Source of the DNA: the human T2T-CHM13v2.0 reference genome, Homo sapiens
Strand: one strand, 5' to 3'
DNA length: 64,000 nucleotides
NCBI RefSeq assembly: GCF_009914755.1
Contig: NC_060926.1
Shown: piece by piece, positions 38,290 to 50,789 of the stretch
Layout of the letters: the number at the start of each line of letters is the position of its first letter
Numbering within the stretch: position 1 is the stretch's first letter
Program-made: the position numbers and the translations under genes
The notes under the pieces: model-generated
The model's input: only the letters and a program-made list of their open reading frames with translations
Told to the model about the DNA's origin: nothing
Database searches by the model: none

Positions 38290-40480
38290 GACATTTCTGA
38301 ACTCATCTCTAACTTGATCTTCCTGGTCTTATTGGTCCTTTTCAGTCCCACTTTATATCACCAAGTGAAGTGAACTTAACACTCGTTGGCTACCAACTGA
38401 CTGTCAGGTACACTGAGTCTTAAACTCTGTGGTTCTTGTATCTCTTAGTTTTTTCTTTTTCTTTTTTTTTCCTAACTCTCTGATCATAGTATTCCAGTCT
38501 TCTTTATGGATGCCTCTTCCTTTGACTGCCCTTCAAATAAATTTCCCATATGTGTGATCCGATATCTGCTTTTCTTTTCACTCTAGATGTATCTTATCTA
38601 CAGCCCTGATTTATTACAGGACAATTTATCAAGCAATCTCCAATATACATAACTATTCCAGCACTCTCTATTGAGCTCCTACCACATATCTTCTTGAATA
38701 TCCACTTGCAAAGATGTTTTGAACCACAATTTCAACATATCTCACCCTGAATCAATGATATTTCCTCCAGTTTGGCTTCTCCTCCATTATTTCTTATTTT
38801 CATTAACAGTAACATATCAATCCTATCACTCAAGTTAGAAACCTGGGAACTCTCTAACCATGTCTCCCTCCATCACTTTCTAACTCCAGTCCATCGAAAG
38901 TTCATTTTGATTTTCATTCCCAAGTATTTGTTCATTTCAGTTGCCACCCTTCTCTAACGTAACTGACGTAGTTCATCGCTTTTCACTGATATTACTAGAA
39001 CAGCATTATAGCTAGTTTTCTCTCATTCGTCTTTAGTTAATTCAATCGCCATAATACTTCAGAGTAGTTTGTCTTAAATAAAAATGTGATCTCTTCAACA
39101 TCTATTTTAAAATCCTTCATTGTGTTCCCAGACTTTTTGGTGAGGCTTTATGTGCATGGGGCCATTATCCTGTGGCTTGACTCTCCAGTCTCATCCCTGA
39201 TCACCCTTTCCCATGGATCTTAAAAAAAAAAATTATTTCATCTGAACTTCATCTCTTTCAGCCTCACCTGAAAAAAACAGGATGAAATAATACTTTCATC
39301 ATGCTTGGATCTTCACTGCCTTATCACTAACATTTTCCACAGTTCAACCTTTTAAAAAGAGTTAAAAACATTTGTTTTTTCTAGCTCCTCACTTTCTGTT
39401 CACTTGTAAGTTCACCATAAAATCTGGATGCTGTCACCAAGATCATAAAGAGCCTGCCACTTGTCAAATTTAATAGGGACCTTGAAGTGTTTGTGTTGCT
39501 TGATGTACCAGTAGTTAACACTGTTGATCACTGTTGGTTCTTGAAACTTTCAATACCTACAGATTTAAGGACATTTTTCTGGGTTTTGTCTTGCTTGTGT
39601 GTATTCTCTTACATTTTACAATGGTACCAATATTCTTCCCGAGCCCCTCTTTGTGTGCTAACTCTTAAAATTGTTTTGTTTTTTGCCAGGGTTCTCTTCT
39701 TGGTCTCCACGTATCATTCTCAGCCCAGTGGTTCTCAAGTGTATTTCAAGCCAGGTACACTGAGGGCCCCAGTATGCAACAGCAACAGAAGCTCATATAT
39801 TTGCAAAGCTAAGTTGGAGGTGGGAGATTTTGTCTAATTTTAAAAAGCACCTTAGTGATTTTGACCTGTTGTCTTTCTCTGATCAAGATTCTTACCCTTT
39901 CTGGCCGATCTTATCCTTGCTTCATCCTTCACTACCACCTATGTTTAGATGATTCACAAACTTTTACCTCTAGTTCTTATCTAATTTCTCAGTTCCAAGT
40001 CCGTATATTTTCCTGCCTCTTGCCAACTCAAACTATATGTTCTACCATTATGTTTAGCCCAAACTGTCCAAGTTGGACCGATTATTTTGTTTTCTCCAAA
40101 ATGTTTGTCAAACAGAATTCCTGTCTCTGTAATTATCCAAGCAAAAAACCTGGGGTTCATTTACCTCCTTTCCCCAACATTTTTCACCATATCCAATAGA
40201 TACTCTAGCCCTGTCATTTTTTTAAATTTCTCAGTCACTCTCATTACTTTACACTTCCCTCTCTTCTCATTGATACTGTCATTGTTTAGTCTTCTTTCTA
40301 ATCTATTATGATCATTCTCTAATTATCGTGCCTACAGCTTGACTGTCTGCAATCTCTTCCATTCAGATCTCAGAGTAAATTTTCAAAATAAAACTCTTAT
40401 CATTTCACTGTCTGAATCACAACTCTTTTGAACCCCCACCATTTACAGGATAAAGTCCAAATTCCTAACCTGATGTTAGA
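38290..40480 (+). mobile_element. cluster of degraded L2 fragments
   Basis: AACACTGTTGATCACT...TTCTTGAAAC; CTACCACCTATGTTTAGATGATTCACAAA; TACAGGATAAAGTCCAAATTCCTAACCTG. Confidence 0.65.
39726..39865. mobile_element. MER5A-like fragment inside L2
   Basis: CAGTGGTTCTCAAGTGT...TTTTAAAAAGCACCTTAGTGATTTTGA. Confidence 0.55.
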
Positions 40481-40523
40481 TCTCCTCTTTCAGATGAATA
40501 AGAACAGAGTTCACTGACCCATT

Positions 40524-40700
40524 TTCATTTATTTATTCGACAAATATTTATTGAGTATCACCAGGCAATACACTAAGGATATGGAATGAAAAAGGTCAGG
40601 GAAAATAAAATAAACAAAACAAACATAAATTCAAAGTTGTAAGTTCTATGTTAAAAAAAAATTAATGATGTAATTGATATTAACTAGATGGCTGTTCTTT
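40524..40700 (-). mobile_element. L2 3' end
   Basis: TTCATTTATTTATTCGACAAATATTTATTGAGTATC. Confidence 0.7.
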
Positions 40701-40759
40701 TTTGTTGTCTTGTATGCTTCTCAATTACAGCACACAGTGTTCGTGTTATTTAAACAGCT

Positions 40760-40875
40760 GTATCCTACACTAGATTCTCGATGCCTTAAATAAAGACAAG
40801 TCTTACTGCATTTTCAGCCTCAGCACTTAGCAGTGACAGCACAGAGTAGGAGCTTCATCAATGTTAGCTGAATGT
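40760..40875 (+). mobile_element. L2 3' end
   Basis: CTCAGCACTTAGCAGTGACAGCACAGAGTAGGAGCTTCATCAATGTTAGCTGAATG. Confidence 0.6.
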
Positions 40876-41214
40876 ACTCACTCAGGAGCATTTGCAAATG
40901 TTAATGTTGACTGACTTTGGGATGTGTAAAATATTTGGCAAGGTAGTGGGGAAAGGAAAGAGAAAAGGCAAGGGGTGCTTTACCATGCAAATCCATTAAA
41001 TAGATCAGGATACAGTAAGTAGAGTTCCAATGGCAAAATATATATCTCTGATTTTATAATTTAGTGAACAAAACTCAAAAATAACCCATTGACATAGCAC
41101 TTTTTTGTCCAGTAGAATCTGCCCATCTGCCAAGTGGGCCTTGATCTTTCATGCATTTCATGTGCTATTTAGCTCTCTACTTATCTTCAACTACCAGCCT
41201 CTTACTTTATATGC

Positions 41215-41640
41215 TTATTATTCAGAGTATGTAACATTAGCTGCTGTATAGACAATCCCTCAAATCTCAGTGATTTAACAAATCACAGGTTGATTTCTTG
41301 CTCATACCAAATCTAATGTGTATTAGCAAGGAGCTTAGCTTTGTATAGTCATTTCAAGGCCAGGATTCTTCAACTGTATGGCTCCTGTACCTTTTAAGGC
41401 CTTAGCATATTCCATCAGATCTCCTACAGTCAACAGATATTGGGAAAGATGAAAGGGTACCCAGGAATTTGTGGAAATCAGATCTAGAAATGATATCTAT
41501 ATTCCATTACCCGCATTCTTTTGGCCAAAACTCAATAATGTAGCCACAACTAACCTCAAGGAGCCTGGGAAACAAAGTCTGATTGTGTGTCAGGGAACAA
41601 GGGAAAAAAGCATGGCTATTGATGGGCAAGACTTGATAGA
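41215..41640 (-). mobile_element. old MaLR LTR (MLT1K/L-like)
   Basis: TTAGCTGCTGTATAGACAATCCCTCAAATCTCAGTGATTTAACAA...CATTCTTTTGGCCAAAACTCAA...CTAACCTCAAGGAGCCTGGGAAA. Confidence 0.7.
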
Positions 41641-42587
41641 GAAGGAGTACTTTGTCTAAGAGTGATTCCTTGCAGATTAGCCACTCATAAAGTGCCATGG
41701 GTACCATCTATAGTCAAGTGTTTAAGACACTCAATCCCGGAAGAATTCTGAGCTGATGAATTCAGTTATCCATCCACTATATCATGTGAATTATATCCAC
41801 TGGGCTTATTTCCAGCCCACTGATCATAGCACAGTAGGAGCTGGGTCTGCTGCAACCATGCATGCTGAGCCAATGGAATTAGGCTGGAACCAAAGTTCTG
41901 CCAAATGATCTAATGTTGATCTCAACTTCTGATCACATCAGGAAAGGGACGTGTGCTCAAAAATTCCGTAGCTCAAAGTTTAGGGTTTCTTCCTTGGAGT
42001 CTGATGCTGGTCCTGCTAGTTGCAAGGTTGCAGCAGAGGACCTACATTCCTGCTAATGCTCCTGCTTCTTTTATTTTACCCTTGGAAACCAGACCTGCTG
42101 AATACTGTCTAGCCTTTTGTCTTTGTTTACTCAACACAGGCATTCTCTGCTACAATACTTATGTTTAATCTTGGGCTTCCACATAGTTTCTGGTCCCATG
42201 TCTGTCTATGTACAGCTAGGTCTGCCCAACCTACACTTTCTCCTCACATTCAGTGTCCAACTAGTCTCATACAAGCCCCATATGGCCACACCACAGTATC
42301 AGACACTTCTCCCAACACACTCCATCCTTTTCCATCCAGAGAGGCACTAGGGCTCAAACATAATAGGCTTTGTGCAGACAAGTCCCCCAGCTGATTGTTT
42401 GAAATTGCTTTGATAGCTTGTAATTTGTGATTATATTTTTTAAGCTGAAAGACTAAAATGCCTGGTAGTTGAAAAATCATTTAAAAGATTTTACCTTTCA
42501 CTATACTGCTGGTGCAAAAATGCATTAATTTTACCATCAGCATTATTAAAAATAATGTCCCATATTTATACATTTGACCATTTTTAA

Positions 42588-43250
42588 ACTTATTTAACAA
42601 ATATTTACTGTGTATTCATAATGCACCAAGCACTGGGGAGCACTTGGGATACAAAGTATTTTGGAAGATAATAATGAGGTGCAGACAGTTTAGATGAGTT
42701 AGCTAAGGGAGATTTTTTTTTTTTTTAAGAAGAAGTTGCATGTAAGTTGTAACATGAAAGATAAGTGTGAGTTTGCCAGAGAGCAGGGAGGAGGGTATCC
42801 TAGATAGAGGCAAGAGCATGTCAAAGGCTATTTGGAGAACTGGAAGAATTGAAAGATGGCCACAGTGGCTGAGCTGAGTCTGTAGGTATGGTGGGGGATG
42901 TATGAGGGGTTGATGCAACATGAGGCTGGAGAAGGGGCAGGTCTTGATAAACATTGTCAGTCATATCTTAAAAATTTAGATTTCTTCTTAAAGAAAATAA
43001 ACGTCTTTAAAAATAAAGGGTTTAAAACAAGTGTCTCAGATAATCAAACATGATAGCTGCCTCAAGGGTAATAGATTGGCAAGAGACAGTGTGGACATAG
43101 GGTTTCGGAGTCTGTTGCAGTAGCTTGGGTAGGAGAGATGGTATATTTTGTACTAAGGCCGGGACAGTGAAGATGGTGACCATTAACTTATTTGAGATAT
43201 TTTTTGGTTATAAAATGAATCATAATTAAAGACAATAGGTCATGTAAATC
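42588..43250 (-). mobile_element. L2 fragment
   Basis: TTATTTAACAAATATTTACTG...GCACCAAGCACTG...AGAGGCAAGAGCATGTCAAAGGC...ATGAGGCTGGAGAAGGGGCAGG. Confidence 0.75.
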
Positions 43251-43302
43251 CTTGAGAAAAAAAGCACCATTAGGAATAAATTTAAGAATTAACATAAAAA
43301 TT

Positions 43303-43562
43303 GGCCAGGCATGGTGGCTCACATCTGTAATCCCAGCACTTTGGGAGGCCGAGGCGGGCAGATCACTTGAGGTCAGGGGGTCGAGACCAACCTGGACAAC
43401 ATGGTAAAACCCCCTCTCTACTAAAAATACAACAATTAGCTGAGATACTTGGGAGGCTGAGGCAGGTGAATTGCTTGAATCTTGTGGGCAGAGGTTGCAG
43501 TGAGCTGAGATCATGCCACTGAATGGGCGACAGAGGGAGACTGTCTCAAAAAAAAAAAGAAA
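43303..43562 (+). mobile_element. AluSz with two internal deletions
   Basis: GATCACTTGAGGTCAGG; TSD-like AATTAACATAAAAAT / AATTGTCATAAAAAT. Confidence 0.93.
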
Positions 43563-43692
43563 AAAAATTGTCATAAAAATAACGATATTAGAAACACATC
43601 ACAGACACTGTGACCCTACACAGCTGCATTATTGTCTATTGGTATTGCCATTTTTCATTTAATTTTTGTCCCTATCTAGGAATAGTCAACAA

Positions 43693-43984
43693 TTTTTTTT
43701 TTTAAATGGGGTCTCACTCTGTCACCCAGACTGGAGTGCAGTGACACGGTATCAGCTCATCACAACCTCTGCCTCCTGGGTTCAAGCGATACTCCTGCCT
43801 CAGCCTCCTGAGTAGCTGGGATTACAAGCACCCACCACCAGGCCCAGCTAATTTTGGTCTGTTTAGTAGAAATGGGGTTTCACCGTGTTGGTCAGGCTGG
43901 TCTCGAACTCCTGACCTCAAGTGATCCTCCCACCTCAGCCTCCCAAAGTGCTGGGATTACAGGCATGAGCCACCGTGCCCAGCT
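43693..43984 (-). mobile_element. AluSz
   Basis: CCTGACCTCAAGTGATCC; TSD AACAATT on both sides. Confidence 0.95.
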
Positions 43985-44178
43985 AACAATTCTCTTAAAA
44001 GAGCTACCATCAAAAAATCTGAAAAAAGCACTATTTAAAAAAAAAAATCACAGACCTGAACATAATGAAATATAACAAATGAATCACTCTGAATGGTACA
44101 CTCCCACAAAAATGCCATGCCTGGGAGTTTGAAAGAAAAGCCAACCACCTGGGCTTGGGATTCAATCTGTGTTTTCAG

Positions 44179-44280
44179 TGACGCTTGAAGGTGAAACTCT
44201 CCCTTGTAACTAGAGAGTTACAGATCCTTAGAGAGGCGCTTCAGTGGTTTCATTCAGCGGTTACTGCAAAAGCTGTCCAG
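44179..44280 (+). other. candidate non-coding or poison exon, 102 nt
   Basis: acceptor TCTGTGTTTTCAG| and consensus donor CAG|GTAAGT in unique sequence; a stop in every frame. Confidence 0.35.
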
Positions 44281-45729
44281 GTAAGTCCCATGACAGCCTC
44301 ACAGGGTCCTTTGAAGGATCAATCAGTCCACAGGATCAGAGACTACTTTGCCCTCAGCATTTTCAGAATTTCAGCGACAGGGCATAATACATTATTTGAT
44401 TATCTTAGCTTAGTATAACAAAATCCCAAGCTCTTCAATTCCTAATAATATGGGGTTTTTGTTTTTGCATTTTTTTTTTGTGGTGATTATTACTTCATAG
44501 CAAACTTCTCTCTGCTGGTGTTTTGCTGTTTTGCTTATCTCCACTGGGGCTGGGTTATAATAGCTTGGAGATGTTTGTTTCCTGTTTGTGGAATGTCTGA
44601 CTTTCCAGCTCACTTTGCCCACAGGTTTGAGGCTGATAGATTCCAGGAAAATAGGAAGAATTCCATTCAAAATACCATAAAAATGGAGCAGGCTACAAGA
44701 CTTTTGAGATAACACTGCTGTTAAATTTTTTAAAAGAAAGACATTCTGAACCTGAGAGTCTCTTCAGTTTCATGAAGTGTCCCGGCAGGACGCTGAAGGC
44801 TACCGAGAACCCTGACTCCTATTAAATCAGGTGGTACCTTATTGTTGCGTCAGAGCATTTTTCTACTTTCTCTCCCTTATGGAGCTAGCTCAAAGGTGTA
44901 TTTTAGCTCCTGTTTTCTGAAAGTCCATGAAAGAGAGACACTATCAGTTTGCAACAATTATCCTTTATGTAGCACTTTTATTTTAGTATTCTCATGGAGC
45001 AACAAAGCAGGGCACCTTACCTGCAGAAAGTCAACAAAAAGGAGGGGAGATGCTATTGTCTTTGAGCTGGGGAAGGGTTCTCTGTTGACAAGTTAGACTC
45101 CAAAAAATTTGAGCCCCGGATTGAGGTAGACTAAGGAACCATAGTCTGTCTTGTGCCATATAAGCACAAAGAATTTTACAAGAACAATTCATAATAAGCT
45201 TTGTTAAACTAAAATTTTATCTTTTTGTTATGATTTGTAGTGCCATTAGCCTAATGATGTTAGGTATAAAACTCATTCATTCCAAAATTTTGTATAAATT
45301 ATACTTTCCTTGCAGCTGGTAAATTCTTAAGGTGAGTAATATCACTTTTCCATCTGTTTCTCATATTCATTAAATAAAAACTATATTTTGTATGCTTACT
45401 TACCTTTTTTTCTAATGATACTCACCTATACTCTTTTGCTTTTAATCTATATAATTTCATAACATAGCATCATACAGTTAAGAGGCAGGAAAAACCAGTA
45501 CCTTGGCCTCAATAGGTAAACTGTATGTTTCCAGGACACAGACATTAATTTGCTGAGTTAGAGTTCAGTAGTACCTTATTGATTATTATGTAAAACTCCT
45601 TCCTTTTAACAGACTAGGTAACTTAAGTTTTTCATGGACAAATATTAATTTTCAGCCAACTCTGTTCCAAATGCTATACAAATGTAAGTAAGGCATAATT
45701 CTTGTCCTTTAGTGTCTAATACTCTGCAA

Positions 45730-45866
45730 CAAGGTTTCTCAACCTCTGGCTAGATAATTCTTTGTTGTGGTACACTGTCCTGTGCATTCTAGAATGTTCC
45801 ACCACATTTCCTGCACCTCAAAAATATCTCCAGATTTGCTAACAATCCCCTAGTTGAGAACCACTG
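45730..45866 (-). mobile_element. MER20, internally deleted
   Basis: GGTTTCTCAACCTC...ATAATTCTTTGTTGTGG...CTGTCCTGTGCATT...GTTGAGAACCACTG. Confidence 0.85.
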
Positions 45867-45932
45867 TACTAGAAGCAAAAACAAACCATGCACATAAAGA
45901 CTTAAAATATAAGCAGAAAGTACAATGAGACA

Positions 45933-46170
45933 CAGTAGATATAAGCACAGCCTCTGGAGTCAGTTGGTCTGAACTTGAATTCTGCTTCTACTAAGCAGGT
46001 TACTTAACCTCTCCATTCTTCAGTTTCTTCATCTGTAAAACTGGGCTCTATGATAATATCTATCATATCTTGAGTTCTAGTGAAAATTAAAGGATTTTAT
46101 GTGTGTGTGTCTATGTGATTAGAATAGGTGTTCACACCACATTGTCAACACTGAATAAATGTTAGCTCTT
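45933..46170 (+). mobile_element. MIR/MIRb
   Basis: CTCTGGAGTCAG...GCAGGTTACTTAACCTCTC...CAGTTTCTTCATCTGTAAAA...AATAAATGTTAGCT. Confidence 0.8.
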
Positions 46171-46279
46171 ATTTTTCCAATAAAGAAACATTCCACAATT
46201 CAAATTTAAAGGAGGTATTTTGGAAGTAGCGGGGGAGAATATTTCCAGACAGCTGCATCTTCAATTAAGGCTTTGGGTT

Positions 46280-46297
46280 AGATAATTGCTGAGTCAT
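46280..46297. promoter_or_regulatory. adjacent GATA and NF-E2/NRF2 (MARE/ARE) motifs
   Basis: AGATAA (46280-46285), T, TGCTGAGTCAT (46287-46297). Confidence 0.35.
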
Positions 46298-46599
46298 CTA
46301 TAACTTTATTGATGAATGTCAATGTGAATGGATGATTCTAATCCAATCTCTTTGTTTTTGAAGTGAATGGAAACTGCATGAAATAATTTATCTAATAATT
46401 CATTACCAAGGTTCTCCCTCAAATGTTCACTTCATCCCTGTTGTTTATTATAGATAAGAATATGGAATGCTCACTCCACAACATTGTTTGTGAAAATCTT
46501 CAGATTTATTTTATTGAACAAGGTAAATAATGCAATTGTACCCTTGTCAGTTTCAACAGAGAAATCACACGTCAGTTGTATATGTTCCTTCTTGCCTTC

Positions 46600-46770
46600 T
46601 TTGATCACTCCCTCCTTTTCGCCTTCCCTATGTATTTCATTCCTTTCTTCCTTCTCCTTACCTTCTTTCATTTAACAAGTGTTTATTGAATATCTACTAT
46701 AGCCACTGTGCCATGTGCTGGGGCTATAATTTGATCAGGAAGCACATAATCTTCCTCCTAGTCTTCCGCA
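46600..46770 (-). mobile_element. L2 3' end
   Basis: TTCATTTAACAAGTGTTTATTGAATATCTACTATAGCCACTGTGCCATGTGCTGGGG. Confidence 0.7.
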
Positions 46771-47859
46771 GCCTGATTTATATTTATATATTAATAATTA
46801 AAATAGTCAAAGAAACACACAATACATTAATCAATTCACATAATCATGGATTTATTTTTCCTTATGTTTCTTCAAATCTACATTCTAATTCTGTTCTGCT
46901 ATTCTTTCTTATAAAAACAAACAAACAAACAAAGGCTTTTCAGTTTTTGATCTCTAGATCAAAAAGTAAATTTCTCTCTTGCTTCTCCCCTAGCCCATTC
47001 TGATAGAAAGATATTCTTAATGAATGGAGAAACATATTCCAAAGCCATGAGAATAAGCTAATTTTCCACAGGAGCCCAGGCAGTTTCCTTCCTGATCAGA
47101 GAGGAGTTGCAGGAGTGCCAGGTGGCCAGTTGCTGCTCTCTTCTTTCCCTTCTGGAAAGAACAAAACATTTGTGTTTCTGAGATAGACTGTCCAGGGCAT
47201 ACACCTGGTTGTGTATTCTCCTAAAACTCTATCTCCTGATATTTCAGTGTAAAAAAATTTTCAACAGAATACTCAGCGCCAAAGAAAATCTTGAAAAATA
47301 ATGAAAATCAAACTGGAACTAGCATTCTATCCTTCACTGTAGTGTTGTGTGTCTTCACCTCTTTGTAGTGTGATTATGGTGCCTTAGAAAAATACAAGTA
47401 ACAATACAGGTAAAAATACAAGGTAACATTAATTTTTGGATTCATTAATCCAGACTTTCACCTTTTTTCCAATACATGATGCTGAGGGGAAAGGGAAGAA
47501 GAAAATAGGGGAGCAAACAGTCTAAGCAAGATTTTTTTTTTTTTTAAAGTATAATAGCCAAATTTCTGGGGGAAAAAAAAAGAAAAACATCAGAAAAAAA
47601 CTAAACTGGCATGGGTTGGAGCCTGATGAATCTCAGACCCTGGCTCGGGTCTAAGCTTGCAAATGAGGGTGAAATAGCCCCAAATGCGGGGGCTAAAATG
47701 GTGTGAGTAGAGGAAACCAAGCCAATTTTTAAAATGTCCTTTAAAACACAGCATACTGCTCCTGTGTGCCAAAAAAAAAAAAAAAAAAAAGAAAGAAAAA
47801 TTAAAAAAGAAACCCTTGCAATACACTTTTGAGTACATCTTCTTAGTTAATTATTTTTT

Positions 47860-48010
47860 TTAAGTTTTGTAAGGCATTATCCCTGTTTTATATATAAGAA
47901 AACCTTGGGCCAGAGAGTTAAAATGACTTTGTCAGGTCATATAACTAGTCAACTATAGAACTATAGAACCAAGACCCTAGCATTTAATTGTGTCCATTAC
48001 AGCCCTTGCT
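47860..48010 (-). mobile_element. MIR fragment
   Basis: ATTATCCCTGTTTTATATATAAGAAAAC...CAGAGAGTTAAAATGACTTTGTCAGGTCATATAACTAG. Confidence 0.65.
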
Positions 48011-48109
48011 TTTAGGGGGATTTTATTCCCCTTTCTGTTTTCTAAATCTGTCTTTCTATGATAGTTTCCTTAAAAGTTTAGATTATTTCATTTGTTTTTC
48101 TTTGAAGCT

Positions 48110-48410
48110 TGTAATACCTAAAACCCTTCAATGGGTCCCAGTCTTACAGCTTTACAAGTAAGCCCTTAGCATGAGATAAAAGCTCTTTATGATGTAACCC
48201 AGTCAAAATATGTCCACACGCTGCAGATACTGCAGCTAAAATTCACACCCAAGCAGTCTAAGTGCAGATTCTACCTTCCAAACCCCAAAGGTATCCTGTC
48301 CCACTTTGTGTCCCTTTTCATATCTCTAGCTCAGTGCCTAGCACATGGCAGCATGGAACAAATCCTTGCTATTTGCACGTGTGTTTGCATGAAAGAAGAA
48401 AGGAATGATT
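48110..48410 (+). mobile_element. L2 fragments
   Basis: CTAAAACCCTTCAATGG...CTCTAGCTCAGTGCCTAGCACATGGCAG. Confidence 0.55.
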
Positions 48411-48599
48411 CTCTCTGGACTATCTATCTTCCCCTGCCCCTGTCTGAACTCTGAGTTTTGGCCTTGCTCATTCTAACTCATCCTTCTACCAGCCCGACAC
48501 CAGCCTGAAAAGCCCTGCTGAGTGGCATTACATCATGCTGGTCAAAATTCACAAGTTCTAACTTGTAAAGCACATTTAAAATAAATAGCAGGAAGCATT

Positions 48600-49330
48600 G
48601 AAACTTGATTTTAAAATGGGCAAAAGAATAAACATTTCTCCAAAGAGGATATGCAAATGATCAACAAACATATGAAAAGATACTCAACATCATTAATCAT
48701 TAGAGAAATGCAAATCTAAACCACAATGAGATATCACTCCCACCCATGAAAATGGCAACTATCAAAAAGAAAAAAAAAAAAACCCAGAAAATAACCAGTG
48801 CTGGTGAGGATGCAGAGAAATTGACACCTTTGTACACTGTTGGTGGGAATGTAAAATTGTGCAGACACTGTGAAAAACAGTATGGAAGTTCCTCAAAAAA
48901 TAAAAAGTAGAATTGTCATGTGATCCAGCAATCTCACTTCTTTATATTTATCCAGAAGAATTGAAAGCAGGATCCTGAAGAGATATTTGCATACCCATGC
49001 TCACGGCAGCACTGTCTACAATAGCGAAAAATAAAAGCAACCCAAGTTTCTATCCATAGCTGAATGAATAAACAAAATGTGGTGTATACACATAACGAAA
49101 TACTATTCAGCCTTAAAAAGGAAGAAAATTCTGGCATGGGTTAAACATGGATATATCTTAATGACATTATGCTAAATAAAATAAGACAATCACAAAAAGG
49201 TAAAAGTTGTATGATTTTAATTACATGAAGTTATCTAGATTAGTCAAATTCATAAAAATAGAAATTAAAATGGTGGTTGTCAGGGACTGGGAGTAGGGAA
49301 AAATGGGGAGTTATTTAATGGGTACAGAAT
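48600..49330 (+). mobile_element. L1MA9/L1MB-type fragment (ORF2 end and 3' UTR)
   Basis: AAATGGGCAAAAG...AGAGAAATGCAAATCTAAACCACAATGAGATATCAC...TTGAAAGCAGGATCCTGAAGAGATATTTGC...TTTAATGGGTACAGA. Confidence 0.9.
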
Positions 49331-50789
49331 ATGGTGAAGCCTAAAGCTGTCCTTCAAATCACTTCTGTTTTTCATTTTTCTACTGATGTTTTCTTTCTCT
49401 ATTCCCAAAGCCAATGTTTTCTCAGCATTCCCAAAGCCAACACTGGATTTAAGTGTGTTTCTTGAGTGGGAGGATCAGCCAGTACTGGTATTCACCCTAT
49501 CAAAAAATTGCCACAGCAGGCTTTGCCATCATTCCCCAAAATATTTATCTAACCAAGTCCTTCAGGTTTAAGGACATTTGGGATTTTTTTTAAAGCCTAA
49601 AATGCAAATGTTATCCTAGAAGATCAAGAACAACTAATAACCATTAACCTTAAAAATAACAATTAACACCTCAGTCCAAATGAGTTTATAACATTTTCTT
49701 TAATAGTGAATGGATCAGTGGTTGTTAAATTTTCTGAGTTACTAGCACTAGAGCTTAGGGTGACATTGAAGGAGTTAAAAGGTAAATGCCAATTCTTTTG
49801 AAAAAAATGTTTAAAATATACCATTATAGTCCTATTCATTTGGTATTCTTTCAGTACTATTTGGGAGTTTGAGTAGAAATGCTTATTTCCCTGACCTTGT
49901 CCTATGAAAGAAAATACAAACACAAAGAAATTAAAAGTTCTAGTGGATTGTGATAAACAAAGTTCCTTTTGGTGGCACCAGCTTACCTCTGACCTAAAGG
50001 GGCACATTCTTCCGTGCCCCACCATGCGTCTCCCAACTCAATCATCAGACTCAGTTATTCTGACCAACGTTATAATATACAGTATGAATCCTCAACTGTT
50101 ACAAAAATGTATTTCCACATTGATCAAAATGTATTGAAAAAAACTATTGCACTGTTTTTGTATATTGTTTCAGATTCCAATGGAAAGAACTAGAATAAAC
50201 TATAAATTCTTCTAGGACAAAAAGAAAAAAAACTCTCTGTCATCTTCTGCCACCAGAACTCTACAATTCTTAGCACAAGAGAGACATTCAAAAACTATCT
50301 TTAGTAAGATAATTTAGTAAGAGTCTGGTAATAGAGAAGTTTAATGGAGAGAAGAGGTTGGAAAGTCTATTGCTTGAGGTGGTGGAGACTGTGGTAGTAC
50401 TGCCCTATGGTGTTGGGAACCATAGTTTCTGTGTTTTCTGTCAAAAGAACTAAAAAATTAAGAGGCGTGAGGTGGTTTCCATGACCATGTGGAAAGATCA
50501 AACATGGAAGAATATAGAAAATCAACTTTCTTTTCCTTATAATTTAATTTATGAACAATTTTCTTTTATAAATTTAAGAGAAGCTTAAATGGGGCTCTTT
50601 CTAACATAGCTTTGAATGAGGTTCCAATAATTAACATCAGATAACAAGATGTGTATGAGAGAGTTTACTATAAACAGATTTTACAAAGGTTAAAAAAAAA
50701 CTATTGCATAATTCTTATGTCTCCTCCTTTTTTTCAAGGCTATAAAAGTATTTACAGAGGAGAGGGAAAGAGAGCACAGTGGAGAGATG

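Noticed and set aside
41750-42420. GC-richer block that may be an ancient LTR (likewise 63400-64000)
   Set aside because: Could not match termini or a family from memory; needs a Dfam search
37568-47812. Orphan A-rich tracts at ~37582-37628 and ~47771-47812 with loosely similar 5' flanks
   Set aside because: No TSD or upstream retroelement body; similarity too short to support a shared origin
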